A DNA stretch of 64,000 bases from an uncultured Pseudomonadota bacterium (GCA_963836235.1 CAWIIP010000002.1:50025-114024); one strand, 5' to 3'. Shown: positions 9,645 to 20,410, numbered from the stretch's first letter. Made by a program: numbers and translations. Notes: generated from the sequence alone by a model not told the origin.

Positions 9645-9714
9645 TGTTGAAAAAGGAGCCTTAGATTATAAGAAAACAGGGGTCAATTCAAGGAAAAGCC
9701 CGGTAAAGAGGCCT

Positions 9715-10878
9715 TTAAACCGCCTCTTTGATTCGCTTCAACCCTTCCAGGATGACCTTCTCGCTTGTGGCGTAGGACATCCGCATGTAACCCTCTGCGC
9801 CAAAGGCGATGCCGGGGGTCAGGGCCACCTTAGCCTTGTCCAACAAATACTCGGAAAGCTCCAGGGAATTGGAACGGCCCGCCTTGAAGAGCCCCTTCAT
9901 ATTTGGAAACACGTAAAAAGCTCCCGCCGGTTTCAGGCACTTCACGCCCAGGATAGCGTTCAGGCCTTCCACGATCATGTCCCGCCTTTTGCGGAAAACC
10001 TCGACCATTTTTTGAATCTCCGAATCAGGCATGGCCAAGGCCGCAACTCCGGCCTTTTGGACAATGGCGGTGGCATTGGAGGTCGATTGGCCTTGTAGAT
10101 CAGCGATAGCTTTCATCACATTGGCGGGCCCCGCTGCGTAACCCAGGCGCCAACCCGTCATGGCATAGGCCTTGGACATGCCATTGACCAAGAGCGTTTG
10201 AGCCGCAACTTCTTTAGACAAAGACGGGAAGCAAACATGCTCTTCCCCATAAACCAACTTGGCATAGATTTCATCCGAAACAACTATGAATTTATGCTTC
10301 AAGGCCAACTCGGCGATACCTTCCATGGCCTTACGGCCCACTACTGCGCCGGTAGGATTACTCGGAGAATTAAGGATAAGGGCTTTGGTCTTGGGGGTGA
10401 TCTTGGCTTTGAGAGCTTCCGGCGTCAGTTTGAACTCTTCGACTTCGGAACATTCCACGAAAATGGGGACTCCACCCGCGAGTTTGATTTGTTCGGGATA
10501 GCTGACCCAATAAGGCGATGGAATAAGAACCTCGTCGCCCGGATTGATGATCGCCATGAAAATGTTATAGAGGGAATGCTTGGCCCCACAGGAAACCACG
10601 ATTTCACCGGGCTCGTATTTGACCTTATATTCCCGATCCAGATATTGGCCGATGGCCTTGCGCAGTTCCAACGTGCCCGGTACAGGAGTGTATTTATGAT
10701 GGCCTTCGTCAATGGCTTTCTTGGCCGCGTCGCAAATGACTTGGGGTGTGTTGAAGTCCGGTTCCCCTGCCCCAAAGTTAAGGACGTCCACTCCTTCTTC
10801 CTTCAATTTTTTGGCCTTCGCGTCGATAGCCAGTGTCATCGACGGGGCGATTTGTTTCATGCGTTCCGAGATATCCAT
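9715..10878 (-). CDS. Class I aminotransferase, aspartate aminotransferase-like
   Basis: 387 aa. GEPDF, SPSNPTG and MSKAYAMTGWRLGY (PLP-Lys) motifs. Confidence 0.8.
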   Translation of the reverse strand: MDISERMKQIAPSMTLAIDAKAKKLKEEGVDVLNFGAGEPDFNTPQVICDAAKKAIDEGHHKYTPVPGTLELRKAIGQYLDREYKVKYEPGEIVVSCGAKHSLYNIFMAIINPGDEVLIPSPYWVSYPEQIKLAGGVPIFVECSEVEEFKLTPEALKAKITPKTKALILNSPSNPTGAVVGRKAMEGIAELALKHKFIVVSDEIYAKLVYGEEHVCFPSLSKEVAAQTLLVNGMSKAYAMTGWRLGYAAGPANVMKAIADLQGQSTSNATAIVQKAGVAALAMPDSEIQKMVEVFRKRRDMIVEGLNAILGVKCLKPAGAFYVFPNMKGLFKAGRSNSLELSEYLLDKAKVALTPGIAFGAEGYMRMSYATSEKVILEGLKRIKEAV

Positions 10879-10897
10879 TCTTTTCCTCGCTTAGATT

Positions 10898-12079
10898 TTA
10901 AGAAAACAACTTTTTCATGTTTCTCAAAGCCTGACGAATACGGTCCTTGTTCTCCACCAGGGCCATTCGAACGTATCCTTCACCCAACTTACCAAAACCC
11001 GACCCGGGGGAGATGGCCACGGCGGCCTCTTTCAATAACATCATGGAGAAATCAAGGGAACTCATTTTGGCGTAGCGTTGGGGTATCTTGGCCCAAAGGT
11101 ACATGGCGGCCCTGGGTTTTTCAACGGGCCATCCTATCTTGTTCATTCCATCGGCCATGATGTCGCGTCGTTCCTGATAAACCGCCGCTAATTTTCTCAA
11201 GTTTTCTTCCGGGCTGTCCAAGGCCGTAATCGCCGCCACTTGGATAGGCGTGAAGATGCCATAATCCATATAGCTCTTAATTTTCGCTAACGAGGCGATG
11301 ACTTTCGGATTTCCCGCGATAAACCCCACCCGCCATCCCGCCATGTTATAAGACTTGGAAAGGGTAAAGGCTTCTACGCCAATATCCTTGGCCCCAGGCG
11401 TGGCCAGGAAACTTGGGGATTTGTAACCATCAAACACGATGTCGGCGTAGGCCAGGTCATGCACCACCAGTACCTGGTTTTTCTTCGCCCACTTGACTAT
11501 TTCCTTAAAGAACTCGGCCTCGACGCTCACCGTGGTGGGATTATGGGGAAAATTGATGATGAGTAGCTTGGGCTTGGGCCGGGATTTGGAATAGGCTTTA
11601 GCCAAGTTCTTCAAGAATTTTTCTGGGCCCTCCAGAATAGAGATGGGCACCAAATCACCCCCCGCAATAATGACACTATAGTGGTGGATAGGGTAGGTAG
11701 GGGTAGGGGTTAAAACCTTATCACCCCGATTGATGACGGCTAAACCTAAATGGGCCAAACCTTCCTTGGAACCGATGACCGAAACGGCCTCAGTATAGGG
11801 ATTAATGGAAACCCCATATTTACGGTCATACCACCGGGAAACTGCCTTTAAAAAAGCCGGTATTCCTTTGGAAGTCGAATAGCGGTGGGATTTCTTGTCT
11901 CGCACCACCTCGATCAATTTGTCCACGACCGGTTGAGGTGTGGGATTGTCCGGATTCCCCATTCCGAAATCAATGACGTCCTCTCCCTTGTGGCGTGCCG
12001 CCAGCTTTTCGGCGTTCAGCCGGGCAAAAAGATAGGGAGGAAATTTTTTAATGAGATTGGCTTCGGTTTGTAGGGGCAT
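10898..12079 (-). CDS. Class I/II aminotransferase (alanine/other; specificity unknown)
   Basis: 393 aa. GMGNPD, FPHNPT and LSKSYNMAGWRVGF motifs. Confidence 0.75.
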   Translation of the reverse strand: MPLQTEANLIKKFPPYLFARLNAEKLAARHKGEDVIDFGMGNPDNPTPQPVVDKLIEVVRDKKSHRYSTSKGIPAFLKAVSRWYDRKYGVSINPYTEAVSVIGSKEGLAHLGLAVINRGDKVLTPTPTYPIHHYSVIIAGGDLVPISILEGPEKFLKNLAKAYSKSRPKPKLLIINFPHNPTTVSVEAEFFKEIVKWAKKNQVLVVHDLAYADIVFDGYKSPSFLATPGAKDIGVEAFTLSKSYNMAGWRVGFIAGNPKVIASLAKIKSYMDYGIFTPIQVAAITALDSPEENLRKLAAVYQERRDIMADGMNKIGWPVEKPRAAMYLWAKIPQRYAKMSSLDFSMMLLKEAAVAISPGSGFGKLGEGYVRMALVENKDRIRQALRNMKKLFS

Positions 12080-12094
12080 TTTTAGGCCTTCAAT

Positions 12095-13012
12095 CTAGAT
12101 TTTCACTTTCGGAATACTAGCGAACCGATGGTATTCCATCGATCGCTTCCTCAACTTGGACTTGTTCAAACCGGCAATGGTTTTTGTCCCGAATCCCTGG
12201 ACCGTAAAAGAAGCCACTAAATTACCGGCAATGACGGCTTGCTTCAGGATGTCCGGGGTCAGTTTACCCGACCTCGCGACGTAACCGATGAAAGCCCCGG
12301 CAAAAGTATCCCCCGCGCCCGTCGGGTCCACCACATAATCCAGGGGCACCGCTGGCGAAAGGAAGGTCCAATCCTGCCCAAAAAGCATGGCGCCATGTTC
12401 TCCTTTTTTCACGATGACCGTCTTGGGTCCCATCTTTTGCAGGGCCCGAGCGCCTTTCATCAAGTGCATTTCACCGGTCAGCAAACGAATTTCCTGGTCA
12501 TTGACGACGACCAAGTCCGTTTTCCTTAAAACTTTCAGCAGGGCTGGTTTGGTGATATTGATCCAGAGGTCGCGCGTATCCAACACCACAAACTTCGGCT
12601 TAATCATTTGTTGCAATACCTTCATCTGCAAATCTGGATGAATCGCGGCCAGAAATACGAACGGGATATTGCGGGCTTGGCCCGTTATATGCGGGTCAAA
12701 CCGTTCGAAGACGCCCAAGTCAATCTTCACCGTATGGGCCACTGCCATATCATTCTCGTAATAACCCTTCCAATAAAAGGTTTTTCCCTTTTCCCGGGTG
12801 ACGAGATCGGTATTAACCCCGTGGCGTTTCAACATTGTCAACTCAGAATCCTTAAAGTCATCTCCTACCACGCCCACCATCTTCACAGGGGCGAAAAGCG
12901 AGGCCGCGAGGCTGGAGTAGGTGGCTGCCCCACCCAGAACCCTTTCAGCTGAACCATAGGGAGTCTTGAGGCCGTCATAAGCGACAGAACCAACAATAAG
13001 GACTTCGGACAT
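12095..13012 (-). CDS. PfkB-family carbohydrate/nucleoside kinase
   Basis: GGAATY near the N-terminus and DPTGAGDTFAGAF near the C-terminus. I use the ATG at 13012, which has AGGAG upstream. Confidence 0.75.
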   Translation of the reverse strand: MSEVLIVGSVAYDGLKTPYGSAERVLGGAATYSSLAASLFAPVKMVGVVGDDFKDSELTMLKRHGVNTDLVTREKGKTFYWKGYYENDMAVAHTVKIDLGVFERFDPHITGQARNIPFVFLAAIHPDLQMKVLQQMIKPKFVVLDTRDLWINITKPALLKVLRKTDLVVVNDQEIRLLTGEMHLMKGARALQKMGPKTVIVKKGEHGAMLFGQDWTFLSPAVPLDYVVDPTGAGDTFAGAFIGYVARSGKLTPDILKQAVIAGNLVASFTVQGFGTKTIAGLNKSKLRKRSMEYHRFASIPKVKI

Positions 13013-13046
13013 TTCTTTACTCCTGAAAATTAAATGAACAGGATTT

Positions 13047-13481
13047 TCAGCTCGGATCAAACAAAACGTATTTTCTCGTCGAACAATAGACAAAAAACAC
13101 CAACACCGCTAGAAGAGTGTCGCCCGTCAGTTTTAAAACCATGGGGTTATCTTCATGCTTATTGCACTTCACTTTTAAACCGTGGGCCGTTTCCCCAACG
13201 AAGTAATAATGTTTCTCATGATCGTAGGTAAGGGGTTGGAGGAAGCCCGCCTGAACCAAAGCGTTCTCATCAATGTCTTCGGTGACAGGCTTATCCAGAT
13301 GGGCTTGATTCCACTGGTTGACAGCCTTTTGGAGGGTGATGACGCGGGAATAGCAATCCAATTCGTCCCGGGGAATCAAAAGCTGCCGGAGAGCGTAAAC
13401 GGCCACAAAGGTAAATAGCCATGATATGCCGAATATGATAAGCCCGGTCTTCCATGTCAATTTTTTGGTCGTGGATTCCAT
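13047..13481 (-). CDS. Hypothetical membrane protein with two hydrophobic segments
   Basis: MESTTKKLTWKTGLIIFGISWLFTFVAVYAL.. and a C-terminal LLAVLVFFVY. The internal ATG avoids overlap with rodA. Confidence 0.5.
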   Translation of the reverse strand: MESTTKKLTWKTGLIIFGISWLFTFVAVYALRQLLIPRDELDCYSRVITLQKAVNQWNQAHLDKPVTEDIDENALVQAGFLQPLTYDHEKHYYFVGETAHGLKVKCNKHEDNPMVLKLTGDTLLAVLVFFVYCSTRKYVLFDPS

Positions 13482-13581
13482 CAAAGCTCCCCGAAAATTT
13501 GGACGAGTATAGCAAAAGAGGGCCTTTTTTATTGAAAAATTAGGAAAAAGCCATTGTGTTAGCTGAGGCTTGTTGAACCTT

Positions 13582-14700
13582 TCATCCTCTCCCACTCACC
13601 AACACTGGCCTTCGAGTAGCGTAGGAAACATTCAAAAGCATTCCCACCGCCGCATAACTGAATACTAGGGAAGATCCCCCGTAACTGATGAAAGGAAGGG
13701 TGAGGCCGGTCACGGGCAAAAGCCCCACAGTCATGCCCACGTTGATAACGATCTGCACGGCGAACATGCTGGCGATCCCCAGTGCCAAAAGGGATCCTTC
13801 ACGGTCCCTGGCTTTGCGGGCGATCTCAAACGATTTCTGAATCAACAGGTAATAAAGGCCCAAAACTATCGCGCATCCTACGAAACCCCATTCCTCACCC
13901 ACCACCGAAAAGATAAAGTCCGTATGATGCTCTGGGATAAAAGAAAGCTGGGTCTGGGTGCCCTGCATATAACCCTTCCCGGAAATGCCCCCGGAACCGA
14001 TGGCGATAACCGATTGAATAATGTTATATCCAGCGCCCAGAGGGTCATCCTGAGGATTGACGAAAACCGCCAGTCTCTCCCTTTGATAGTCTTTTAGGAA
14101 ATGCCAAACTAGAGGGCTGGATGACGCGCCGATGATGAACATCCACATCAGCCATTTAAATTGGATGCCGCCTACATACATCAAAACCAGGGAAACCGGC
14201 ACGAGTAAAAGAGCCGACCCCAAGTCCGGCTGTTTCAGGATGAGAATCAAGGGAATGCCCAGCATCGCCAAAAGAAAAAAAAGTTTGCCAATGTAAAACA
14301 ATTCCACGGTTTTACTTCCGATATAACGCGCCAAAACCAAAAGAATCGAGAGTTTGGCCAGTTCGGAGGGCTGGTAAGAAAGAATGCCCAGCTTGATCCA
14401 TCGTTTTGCTCCGTTAGTCTCGTCGCCAATCACAAACACCGCCAATAGTGAAAAAATGGCGATCCAATAAAATATATAAGAAGCTTCGATCCAAAACCGA
14501 TAATCCACCTTCGAGAAAACCCACATCCCAAACATAGAGATGAAGAACCAGAACAATTGTTTCTTCCACAATTGGGAGATATCAGCATTGTGAAAAGTGG
14601 CGGAAAAAACGATCAAAAAACCAATAACCGATAGAGCGAACACTTCGGTAATGAGTACCCAATCCATGGACTTGAAATAGGTTTTAATGGCAGCTTTCAT
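13582..14700 (-). CDS. rodA: SEDS-family peptidoglycan polymerase RodA
   Basis: Polytopic protein, 372 aa, with QPSELAK and LP.ISYGGSS motifs. Sits downstream of mrdA. Confidence 0.85.
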   Translation of the reverse strand: MKAAIKTYFKSMDWVLITEVFALSVIGFLIVFSATFHNADISQLWKKQLFWFFISMFGMWVFSKVDYRFWIEASYIFYWIAIFSLLAVFVIGDETNGAKRWIKLGILSYQPSELAKLSILLVLARYIGSKTVELFYIGKLFFLLAMLGIPLILILKQPDLGSALLLVPVSLVLMYVGGIQFKWLMWMFIIGASSSPLVWHFLKDYQRERLAVFVNPQDDPLGAGYNIIQSVIAIGSGGISGKGYMQGTQTQLSFIPEHHTDFIFSVVGEEWGFVGCAIVLGLYYLLIQKSFEIARKARDREGSLLALGIASMFAVQIVINVGMTVGLLPVTGLTLPFISYGGSSLVFSYAAVGMLLNVSYATRRPVLVSGRG

Positions 14701-14736
14701 GCAAAGCTCCTCGAAAAAGCAGCAATAAAAACCTCA

Positions 14737-16602
14737 TCATGGCCCCACCCCCGTGACTGTCGTCGGCGTGGGAAGCGGCGTGCTGGAAGCTTCTACGGGT
14801 GTCGGCGTTTGCCAGGGTGTTACTTCCTGACCCAGTTCCAATTCCATCAACCGCTTGGCAATGGGGGCTGAGACCACGCCCCCTTCTCCGCCGTTTTCCA
14901 CCAGTACAATAACCGCCACAGTCGGGTCTTCCGCCGGGGCATAGGCGGTGAACCATGCGTGGTTGTCCCCATGTGGATTTTCTGAGGTTCCGGTTTTTCC
15001 TGCCACCCGGACCCCCGCAATCCGAGCTTTTTTCCCAGTTCCATTAGGAGAACTGATCACCTTTTCCATAGTGGCCTTGATGAAGTCCAAATGTGCCGTG
15101 GTGATATCGGCTTCATTGGAAAGCTCCGGCTGCTTCTCAAAGAGGGCCCTTCCGGTGGTCCTGTCCACCACCCGGTACATCAGATGGGGACGGTAAAACT
15201 TGCCGTCCATGGCAATGGTGGAGGTAACGTCCAACATTTGCAGTGGCGTGGTCAAAAGATAGCCTTGTCCGATACTCATGTGAATCGTATCGCCCGGGAA
15301 CCAGGGCATATGTTGGGTGCTTTCCTTCCAACGAGAATTAGGTACCAGCCCCGGCACTTCCGAATCCAAGTCGATTTTCGTCTTGCTTCCCAATCCCAGC
15401 TCACGAGCCATATGGTAAATCTTGTCAATTTTAACCAGGAGACCTAATTGATAAAAATAAATATCGCAGGACTCGATGATGGCCCGCTCCAAATTGACCC
15501 AACCATGCCCCGAGATTCGCCAACAGCGGTAAGGCCACACCGTATACCAATAGATGCCCCGGCATAGGAAAACCTTGTTCAGGTCAATAACGTTGCCCTC
15601 AAGAGCGGCGAGGGCGGTCACCAATTTAAAAATGGAACCCGGCGGATATTGGCCCTGAATGGCGCGGTTTTCCAAGGGATGGTTTTTGTCCTTAAGTAAT
15701 TCGTTCCATTCTTTATAGGAAATACCGCTGACAAAGGAATTGGGATCAAAATTTGGCCGGCTGACCAGCGCCAAAATCTCTCCTGTTTGTGGATTGGTAA
15801 CAATAATGGAACCGATTTGGTCTCCCAGTAGATCCTCAGCTAGTTTTTGAAGTTTCCAGTCCAGTGTTAGTTTCAGGGTCTGGCCCTGAATCGGATCACG
15901 GTAAGCCAGGGTCCGGCGTTGGGTTCCCGAGGCGTCCACCTCTACCTCCACGCCACCATTTCGGCCCCGGAGGATTTGGTCATAGGTACGCTCGACCCCT
16001 TTTTTCCCAACTTGGTCGCCCTCCGTATAGCCGCTGTCCCTCAAACGGGCGAGGTCATCCTCACTGATTTCACCGATATATCCCAGAACATGAGAAGCCA
16101 AGTCTCCATGGGGATAGTAACGTTCCGGTTCCATTTGGACATAAACCCCCGGCAAGTGAACCCGATTCTCTTCAATTTTATCCACCAAATCCTCGTCCAA
16201 GTGGGATTGAAGGCGAATCGGCTCAAATCTTCGCCGCTGCCGGCGACTTTCCACAAGGTCTTCTAGGGAGGAAAGCGGTTCCTCTAGTATTTGGCTGAGT
16301 TTTAATAAAGCAGAACCGTAAGTTTTAATATCCGCTGGCACCAAAAATAAGGAGTATGTAGGAACATTAGTGGCCAAGACCTCATTATTGCGATCGGTAA
16401 TAAGGCCCCGTGGAGCCCTTTGAGGTATCAAACGCAGGCTATTGGTGTCCGAAAGGCCACGGTAAAGGGGATAGTTCAGAATTTGCAGGTAAAAAAGTTT
16501 CAAAAAAATGCCAGCAAAGGCAAAGGTCACCATGCCGAGCAAAAAACCCATCTTCTTTTCGGAAGAGCCTCCGAATTTTCCCCGCGGAAACTTCGTCGCC
16601 AC
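14737..16602 (-). CDS. mrdA: Penicillin-binding protein 2 (transpeptidase)
   Basis: PGSIFK (SxxK), an SxN-type segment (IESCD) and KTGT motifs. N-terminal TM segment. Confidence 0.9.
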   Translation of the reverse strand: MATKFPRGKFGGSSEKKMGFLLGMVTFAFAGIFLKLFYLQILNYPLYRGLSDTNSLRLIPQRAPRGLITDRNNEVLATNVPTYSLFLVPADIKTYGSALLKLSQILEEPLSSLEDLVESRRQRRRFEPIRLQSHLDEDLVDKIEENRVHLPGVYVQMEPERYYPHGDLASHVLGYIGEISEDDLARLRDSGYTEGDQVGKKGVERTYDQILRGRNGGVEVEVDASGTQRRTLAYRDPIQGQTLKLTLDWKLQKLAEDLLGDQIGSIIVTNPQTGEILALVSRPNFDPNSFVSGISYKEWNELLKDKNHPLENRAIQGQYPPGSIFKLVTALAALEGNVIDLNKVFLCRGIYWYTVWPYRCWRISGHGWVNLERAIIESCDIYFYQLGLLVKIDKIYHMARELGLGSKTKIDLDSEVPGLVPNSRWKESTQHMPWFPGDTIHMSIGQGYLLTTPLQMLDVTSTIAMDGKFYRPHLMYRVVDRTTGRALFEKQPELSNEADITTAHLDFIKATMEKVISSPNGTGKKARIAGVRVAGKTGTSENPHGDNHAWFTAYAPAEDPTVAVIVLVENGGEGGVVSAPIAKRLMELELGQEVTPWQTPTPVEASSTPLPTPTTVTGVGP

Positions 16603-16698
16603 TTACCACTCCTTAAATACAACCAGTATTTCAAATGCTAGTTAACAAATTTTTAATGGTCGATTAAATTTTTCCCATAACTTCAAACTTGGAGCCGC

Positions 16699-17181
16699 TT
16701 ATGCCGTGGCGGGATCAAACCGTCTTCTTCGAAACCGCACCACAAAGAAACTAACCACCGCGCCCGCGAGAGTTGTAGCCAAGAGGGTTTTAACGCAAAT
16801 CCAGAGAACGTCTTGTATTTCCGGAGCCGAACCATCCCATTTTAGCATCCACCAAATGACGGCTTCGTGAAAAAGGGTAGCTCCGAAAATCAGTAAGGTC
16901 TGGGTCAAAACCCTTTCCCGATAGATGTGCCGTTTAGAAACCGAGGAAAGCATTCCGGTTAACGTTTTAGCGATTGTGTTGGGACCGATCCAAGAGGTGG
17001 ACAACATATCTTGAACCAACCCCAGGAGGAAACCCCAACCAGCGGCCTTCGGTACCGTGGTTCTCAAGCCCGTCAACACGACGAACAGAAGAGGCAAATC
17101 AATACCCCAAGTGGAAATGGCTGGAAGCTGCTGGGCGAATAAAAGAGCCAGTATCAAAACAATCTGCCGTGAAATCCTCAC
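16699..17181 (-). CDS. mreD: Rod shape-determining protein MreD
   Basis: 160-aa polytopic protein positioned between mreC and mrdA. GTG start overlaps the mreC stop. Confidence 0.7.
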   Translation of the reverse strand: MRISRQIVLILALLFAQQLPAISTWGIDLPLLFVVLTGLRTTVPKAAGWGFLLGLVQDMLSTSWIGPNTIAKTLTGMLSSVSKRHIYRERVLTQTLLIFGATLFHEAVIWWMLKWDGSAPEIQDVLWICVKTLLATTLAGAVVSFFVVRFRRRRFDPATA

Positions 17182-18008
17182 TGGAAGACGTCCACCGGCG
17201 GTAGGATGAAGACATAATCCAGCGCGGCCGCATCCACCACCGGCTGCAATTCAATTTCCATGTTGAGGCCGTTTTCCGATTCGTTTTTCTTTACAACCGT
17301 GCCGATGGAATAGCCCTTGGGGAAAATACCTCCCATACCCGAGGACACAATCACATCGTCTTTTTGGACGTCCTCACCCGCGCTCACATAACCGAACTTC
17401 AATTGGTTGCGCCCCGTCCCCTGCACAATACCCGTCACCCGGGACCGATCATCAATTCCGGCGACGCTGGATTCTGAATCGGACAAGATCAACACCCTGG
17501 AATCGTGAGGCGCCACCTCCAAAACCCGGCCAACAATTCCCTGCTCCGAAATGACCGGCGAATCGACCAAGATTCCATCTTCCGATCCGACGTCGACGAC
17601 AAAACTACTATTCCATGTGCTGGGATCGTGGGCGATGATGCGGGCAATCTTGGCCTGCCGGGGAAGTTTGGCCTTGATTTGAAGGACGTCTTTCAATCGG
17701 GCCAATTCCGACTCTGTGGATTTGTGGTTTGAGAGCTCCAAGCGCAGGGATTGGTTTTCCAGTTGGAGCCTGTCGACTTCCTGCCGCAAGTTCTGCAGTT
17801 CACGAACAGCGTTGAGGGTGTTTTCGGGGAAAGTGATCAACCAAGTAACGGACCTTTGAATCGGCATCCAGAGATTTATCGAAATGTTTTTGAGGGGATT
17901 GACAGGGCCTTCTCGATGGGAATTACGGTGAACCAGTAGCCACACACAAATCGAAAGGATCGCTGTAAGAAAAAGGCCAGAAAGGTTTTTTATGAAAAAT
18001 TTCAGCAT
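17178..18008 (-). CDS. mreC: Rod shape-determining protein MreC
   Basis: TM anchor, coiled coil (LQNLRQEVDRLQLENQSLRLEL), and a beta-rich C-terminus (GIVGRV, SSGMGGIFPKG). I use the ATG at 18008. Confidence 0.85.
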   Translation of the reverse strand: MLKFFIKNLSGLFLTAILSICVWLLVHRNSHREGPVNPLKNISINLWMPIQRSVTWLITFPENTLNAVRELQNLRQEVDRLQLENQSLRLELSNHKSTESELARLKDVLQIKAKLPRQAKIARIIAHDPSTWNSSFVVDVGSEDGILVDSPVISEQGIVGRVLEVAPHDSRVLILSDSESSVAGIDDRSRVTGIVQGTGRNQLKFGYVSAGEDVQKDDVIVSSGMGGIFPKGYSIGTVVKKNESENGLNMEIELQPVVDAAALDYVFILPPVDVFQ

Positions 18009-18124
18009 GAGACCCCGGCAAGAGGCAATTTTGGATGATAAATTTTTAATTTTAAACTTTTGAAGATTTTCACCTTCGTGAAAAACAACCAAAATTCAAA
18101 ATTAAGAATTTAAAATCGCTTTTC

Positions 18125-19165
18125 TTAGACGTATTCTTTTTCGAGGACGGAGATGCGCTTAAGGAAATCCATCGACCGATCCAAAAGATGCCCAGCCCCC
18201 ATCGCGACTGCGGTAGTAGGATCGTCCGCCAGGTTGACAGGAACGCCGGTTTCATCCCGCAGACGCTCATCCAAATTCTTCAACAAAGAAGAACCGCCAG
18301 CTAGGATGATACCCCGGTCGACAATATCCGCCGCCAACTCGGGAGGTGTCCGCTCCAAGGTCATTTTGATGCACTCGATAATGGGAATCAGGGGCTCTTC
18401 CAAAGCGCCTCGAACCTCTTCCGAAGTCAATTCAATGGTTTTAGGAAGTCCGGTCACCAAATCCCTTCCTTTAATCTGCATACGCAGTTCCTGCTCCAAA
18501 GGAAAGGCCGATCCGATTTGAATTTTGACATCCTCGGCCGTTCTCTCGCCCACAAGGATGTTATAGGTGCGTTTAATGTAATTAATAACCGCCTCGTCCA
18601 ACTCGTCTCCCGCCGTTCGGATAGACTTTCCATAAACAATATCACCCAGGGAGATAACAGCCACTTCGGTAGTGCCGCCACCGATATCCACGATCATATT
18701 TCCCTGCGGTTCGGCGATCGGCATGCCGGCCCCGATGGCAGCCGCCATCGGCTCTTCCACAAGGTAAACTTCCCGCGCCCCCGCTTGCTCGGCGGAGTCA
18801 CGAACAGCCCTTTTCTCCACCTCGGTACAACCTGAAGGAATGGCCACAACAATACGAGGACGGATTAAGGAACGGCGATTATGAACCTTTGAAATGAAAT
18901 AACGCAGCATTCGTTCTGTGACTTCAAAGTCGGCGATCACGCCGTCCTTCATTGGACGAATGGCGACGATGGAGCCGGGAGTTCTTCCCAGCATTAGTTT
19001 GGCGTCATTACCCACGGCCAAGATTTGATTGGTGGCCTTATGGACGACAACGAGGGAAGGTTCTTGGAGGACGATTCCACGTCCTTTGACGTAAACGAGT
19101 GTGGTCGCTGTGCCCAAGTCGATCGCGACGTCGCTTGAGAAAAGCCCCAATAGAAAATTAAGCAA
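18125..19165 (-). CDS. mreB: Actin-like rod-shape protein MreB
   Basis: [25 protein letters not shown] and ILAGGSSLL motifs. TTG start with AAGGAG 6 nt upstream. Confidence 0.92.
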   Translation of the reverse strand: MLNFLLGLFSSDVAIDLGTATTLVYVKGRGIVLQEPSLVVVHKATNQILAVGNDAKLMLGRTPGSIVAIRPMKDGVIADFEVTERMLRYFISKVHNRRSLIRPRIVVAIPSGCTEVEKRAVRDSAEQAGAREVYLVEEPMAAAIGAGMPIAEPQGNMIVDIGGGTTEVAVISLGDIVYGKSIRTAGDELDEAVINYIKRTYNILVGERTAEDVKIQIGSAFPLEQELRMQIKGRDLVTGLPKTIELTSEEVRGALEEPLIPIIECIKMTLERTPPELAADIVDRGIILAGGSSLLKNLDERLRDETGVPVNLADDPTTAVAMGAGHLLDRSMDFLKRISVLEKEYV

Positions 19166-19441
19166 TCAAATCTCCTTTACCGGGCCTCCCGGAAAATACC
19201 TAAAAGGCGCCCAGTCAACCCGTAAAACTTTTCCCGGAATGATGAACGGGACAAAAAAAAGAACCCCGGTTGGAAAAACCGAGGAATTCAAAAACCCTTT
19301 ATAGCCAATAAGTCAAGAGGTTGCAGTGTAACACAGCGGTTTATTGAGTCCAATCCTTTTAAATCCAGCCAAAAACATAGGGGGGCTCCGGATAAAACCC
19401 ATAAAGTTTTTTAGGAAATAATTACCAAACCATTGAACGCG

Positions 19442-19912
19442 TTATTTATTTTTCTCGATAACAGGCGTGGGTTTGGGTTCGGATTTCTTGGACTTATCCC
19501 TGAGGATCCTCTCAAACAGCTTCAAGTATTCTTTCTTAAGTTCGGCTGGGGAAGAATTTCGGTACAGACCTTCATTGAACTTTTCACCCAAGTACTCTTT
19601 GCTTTCGCGGATGAATGTTAAAAGGGCCCCGACATTTTCATCGGCCTCAGTAGTGCCGGAGGGAGTTTCGATGACAACTTTTTGAAGCACCCCTTCCCGG
19701 TAGCGCCCGACTTGGTCTTCGGTCGGATTAACGATTCCTGAAATTTTTCCCGTGAAGTTTTCAATAAAAAAAAGGATTTCGATTTCTTTACCATACAACT
19801 CAGAAATACCTACAAGGGGCTTGGATTGCGGATGACTTTGTAAGTCGATCCCGCATTCACTGCAAAATTTGTTTTTAGGGTCGTTTTTAGTCCCGCACTG
19901 GCCGCACTTCAT
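19442..19912 (-). CDS. Zinc-ribbon domain protein, function unknown
   Basis: MKCGQCGTKNDPKNKFCSECG is a double CxxC motif. The rest is unrecognised. Confidence 0.55.
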   Translation of the reverse strand: MKCGQCGTKNDPKNKFCSECGIDLQSHPQSKPLVGISELYGKEIEILFFIENFTGKISGIVNPTEDQVGRYREGVLQKVVIETPSGTTEADENVGALLTFIRESKEYLGEKFNEGLYRNSSPAELKKEYLKLFERILRDKSKKSEPKPTPVIEKNK

Positions 19913-20251
19913 GTGAATCCTTCAATATAGAGTCTCTAAGTTGGCTAACTATACCATGTAAGATTGGTGTTTCAAGTGGTTTTGCCCTATTTTCACGTTA
20001 TCTTGACAATACTAACGACCCTTTATGGCGTAACTTGAGAACCTTTGAGGCACAGATTAAGAGAAGTTAACTATTCCAGAAAGTTCCGTAAAATTGAAAT
20101 TGCAATTTCGGTCTTGTCGAAAATATCGTTTCAAGGAAATGTAAATAATATTTCAACTTATTCACATTCAAAATTGTCGGATCAAGTTTGAATATTCTTA
20201 TTGAATACACCATCAATTTGGATATATTTTTCATCCATGTCAGTGAATAAG

Positions 20252-20410
20252 ATGAAAAGCAAATTAAACGCTTCAGGACAAGCGGCTGTTGAATATCTTT
20301 TGACACTCACAGCAATTTTTATCGCTTTTGCGGGAGTGTCGATTCTCTTCTCGAACCAGGTAAATCATTATTTATCGTTGTTGTTCGACCTGATTATTCT
20401 ACCGTTTTGA
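20252..20410 (+). CDS. Flp-family prepilin-like protein 1 (52 aa from ATG 20252; alternative starts at 20237/20201)
   Basis: ..KLNASG|QAAVEYLLTLTAIFIAFAG.. has the Flp G/xxxxEY processing motif followed by a hydrophobic helix. No good SD. Confidence 0.55.
   Translation: MKSKLNASGQAAVEYLLTLTAIFIAFAGVSILFSNQVNHYLSLLFDLIILPF

Noticed and set aside
9665-9686. TTGACC and TATAAT hexamers on the minus strand upstream of hom
   Set aside because: The spacer is only 10 nt, which is incompatible with a sigma70 promoter.
6392-11160. Long antisense ORFs (6392-7087, 7474-8211, 8678-9664, 10198-11160; up to 328 aa)
   Set aside because: Each lies opposite a gene with unmistakable family motifs (lysC, thrC, hom, aminotransferases). 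Their products are Arg/Gly/His-rich with no recognisable domains, which is typical of shadow ORFs.
20067-20306. 79-aa minus-strand ORF and the 20201 upstream extension of the first Flp-like gene
   Set aside because: This is an AT-rich promoter-like region. The ORF is antisense to the Flp-like N-terminus, has no RBS and has implausible composition.
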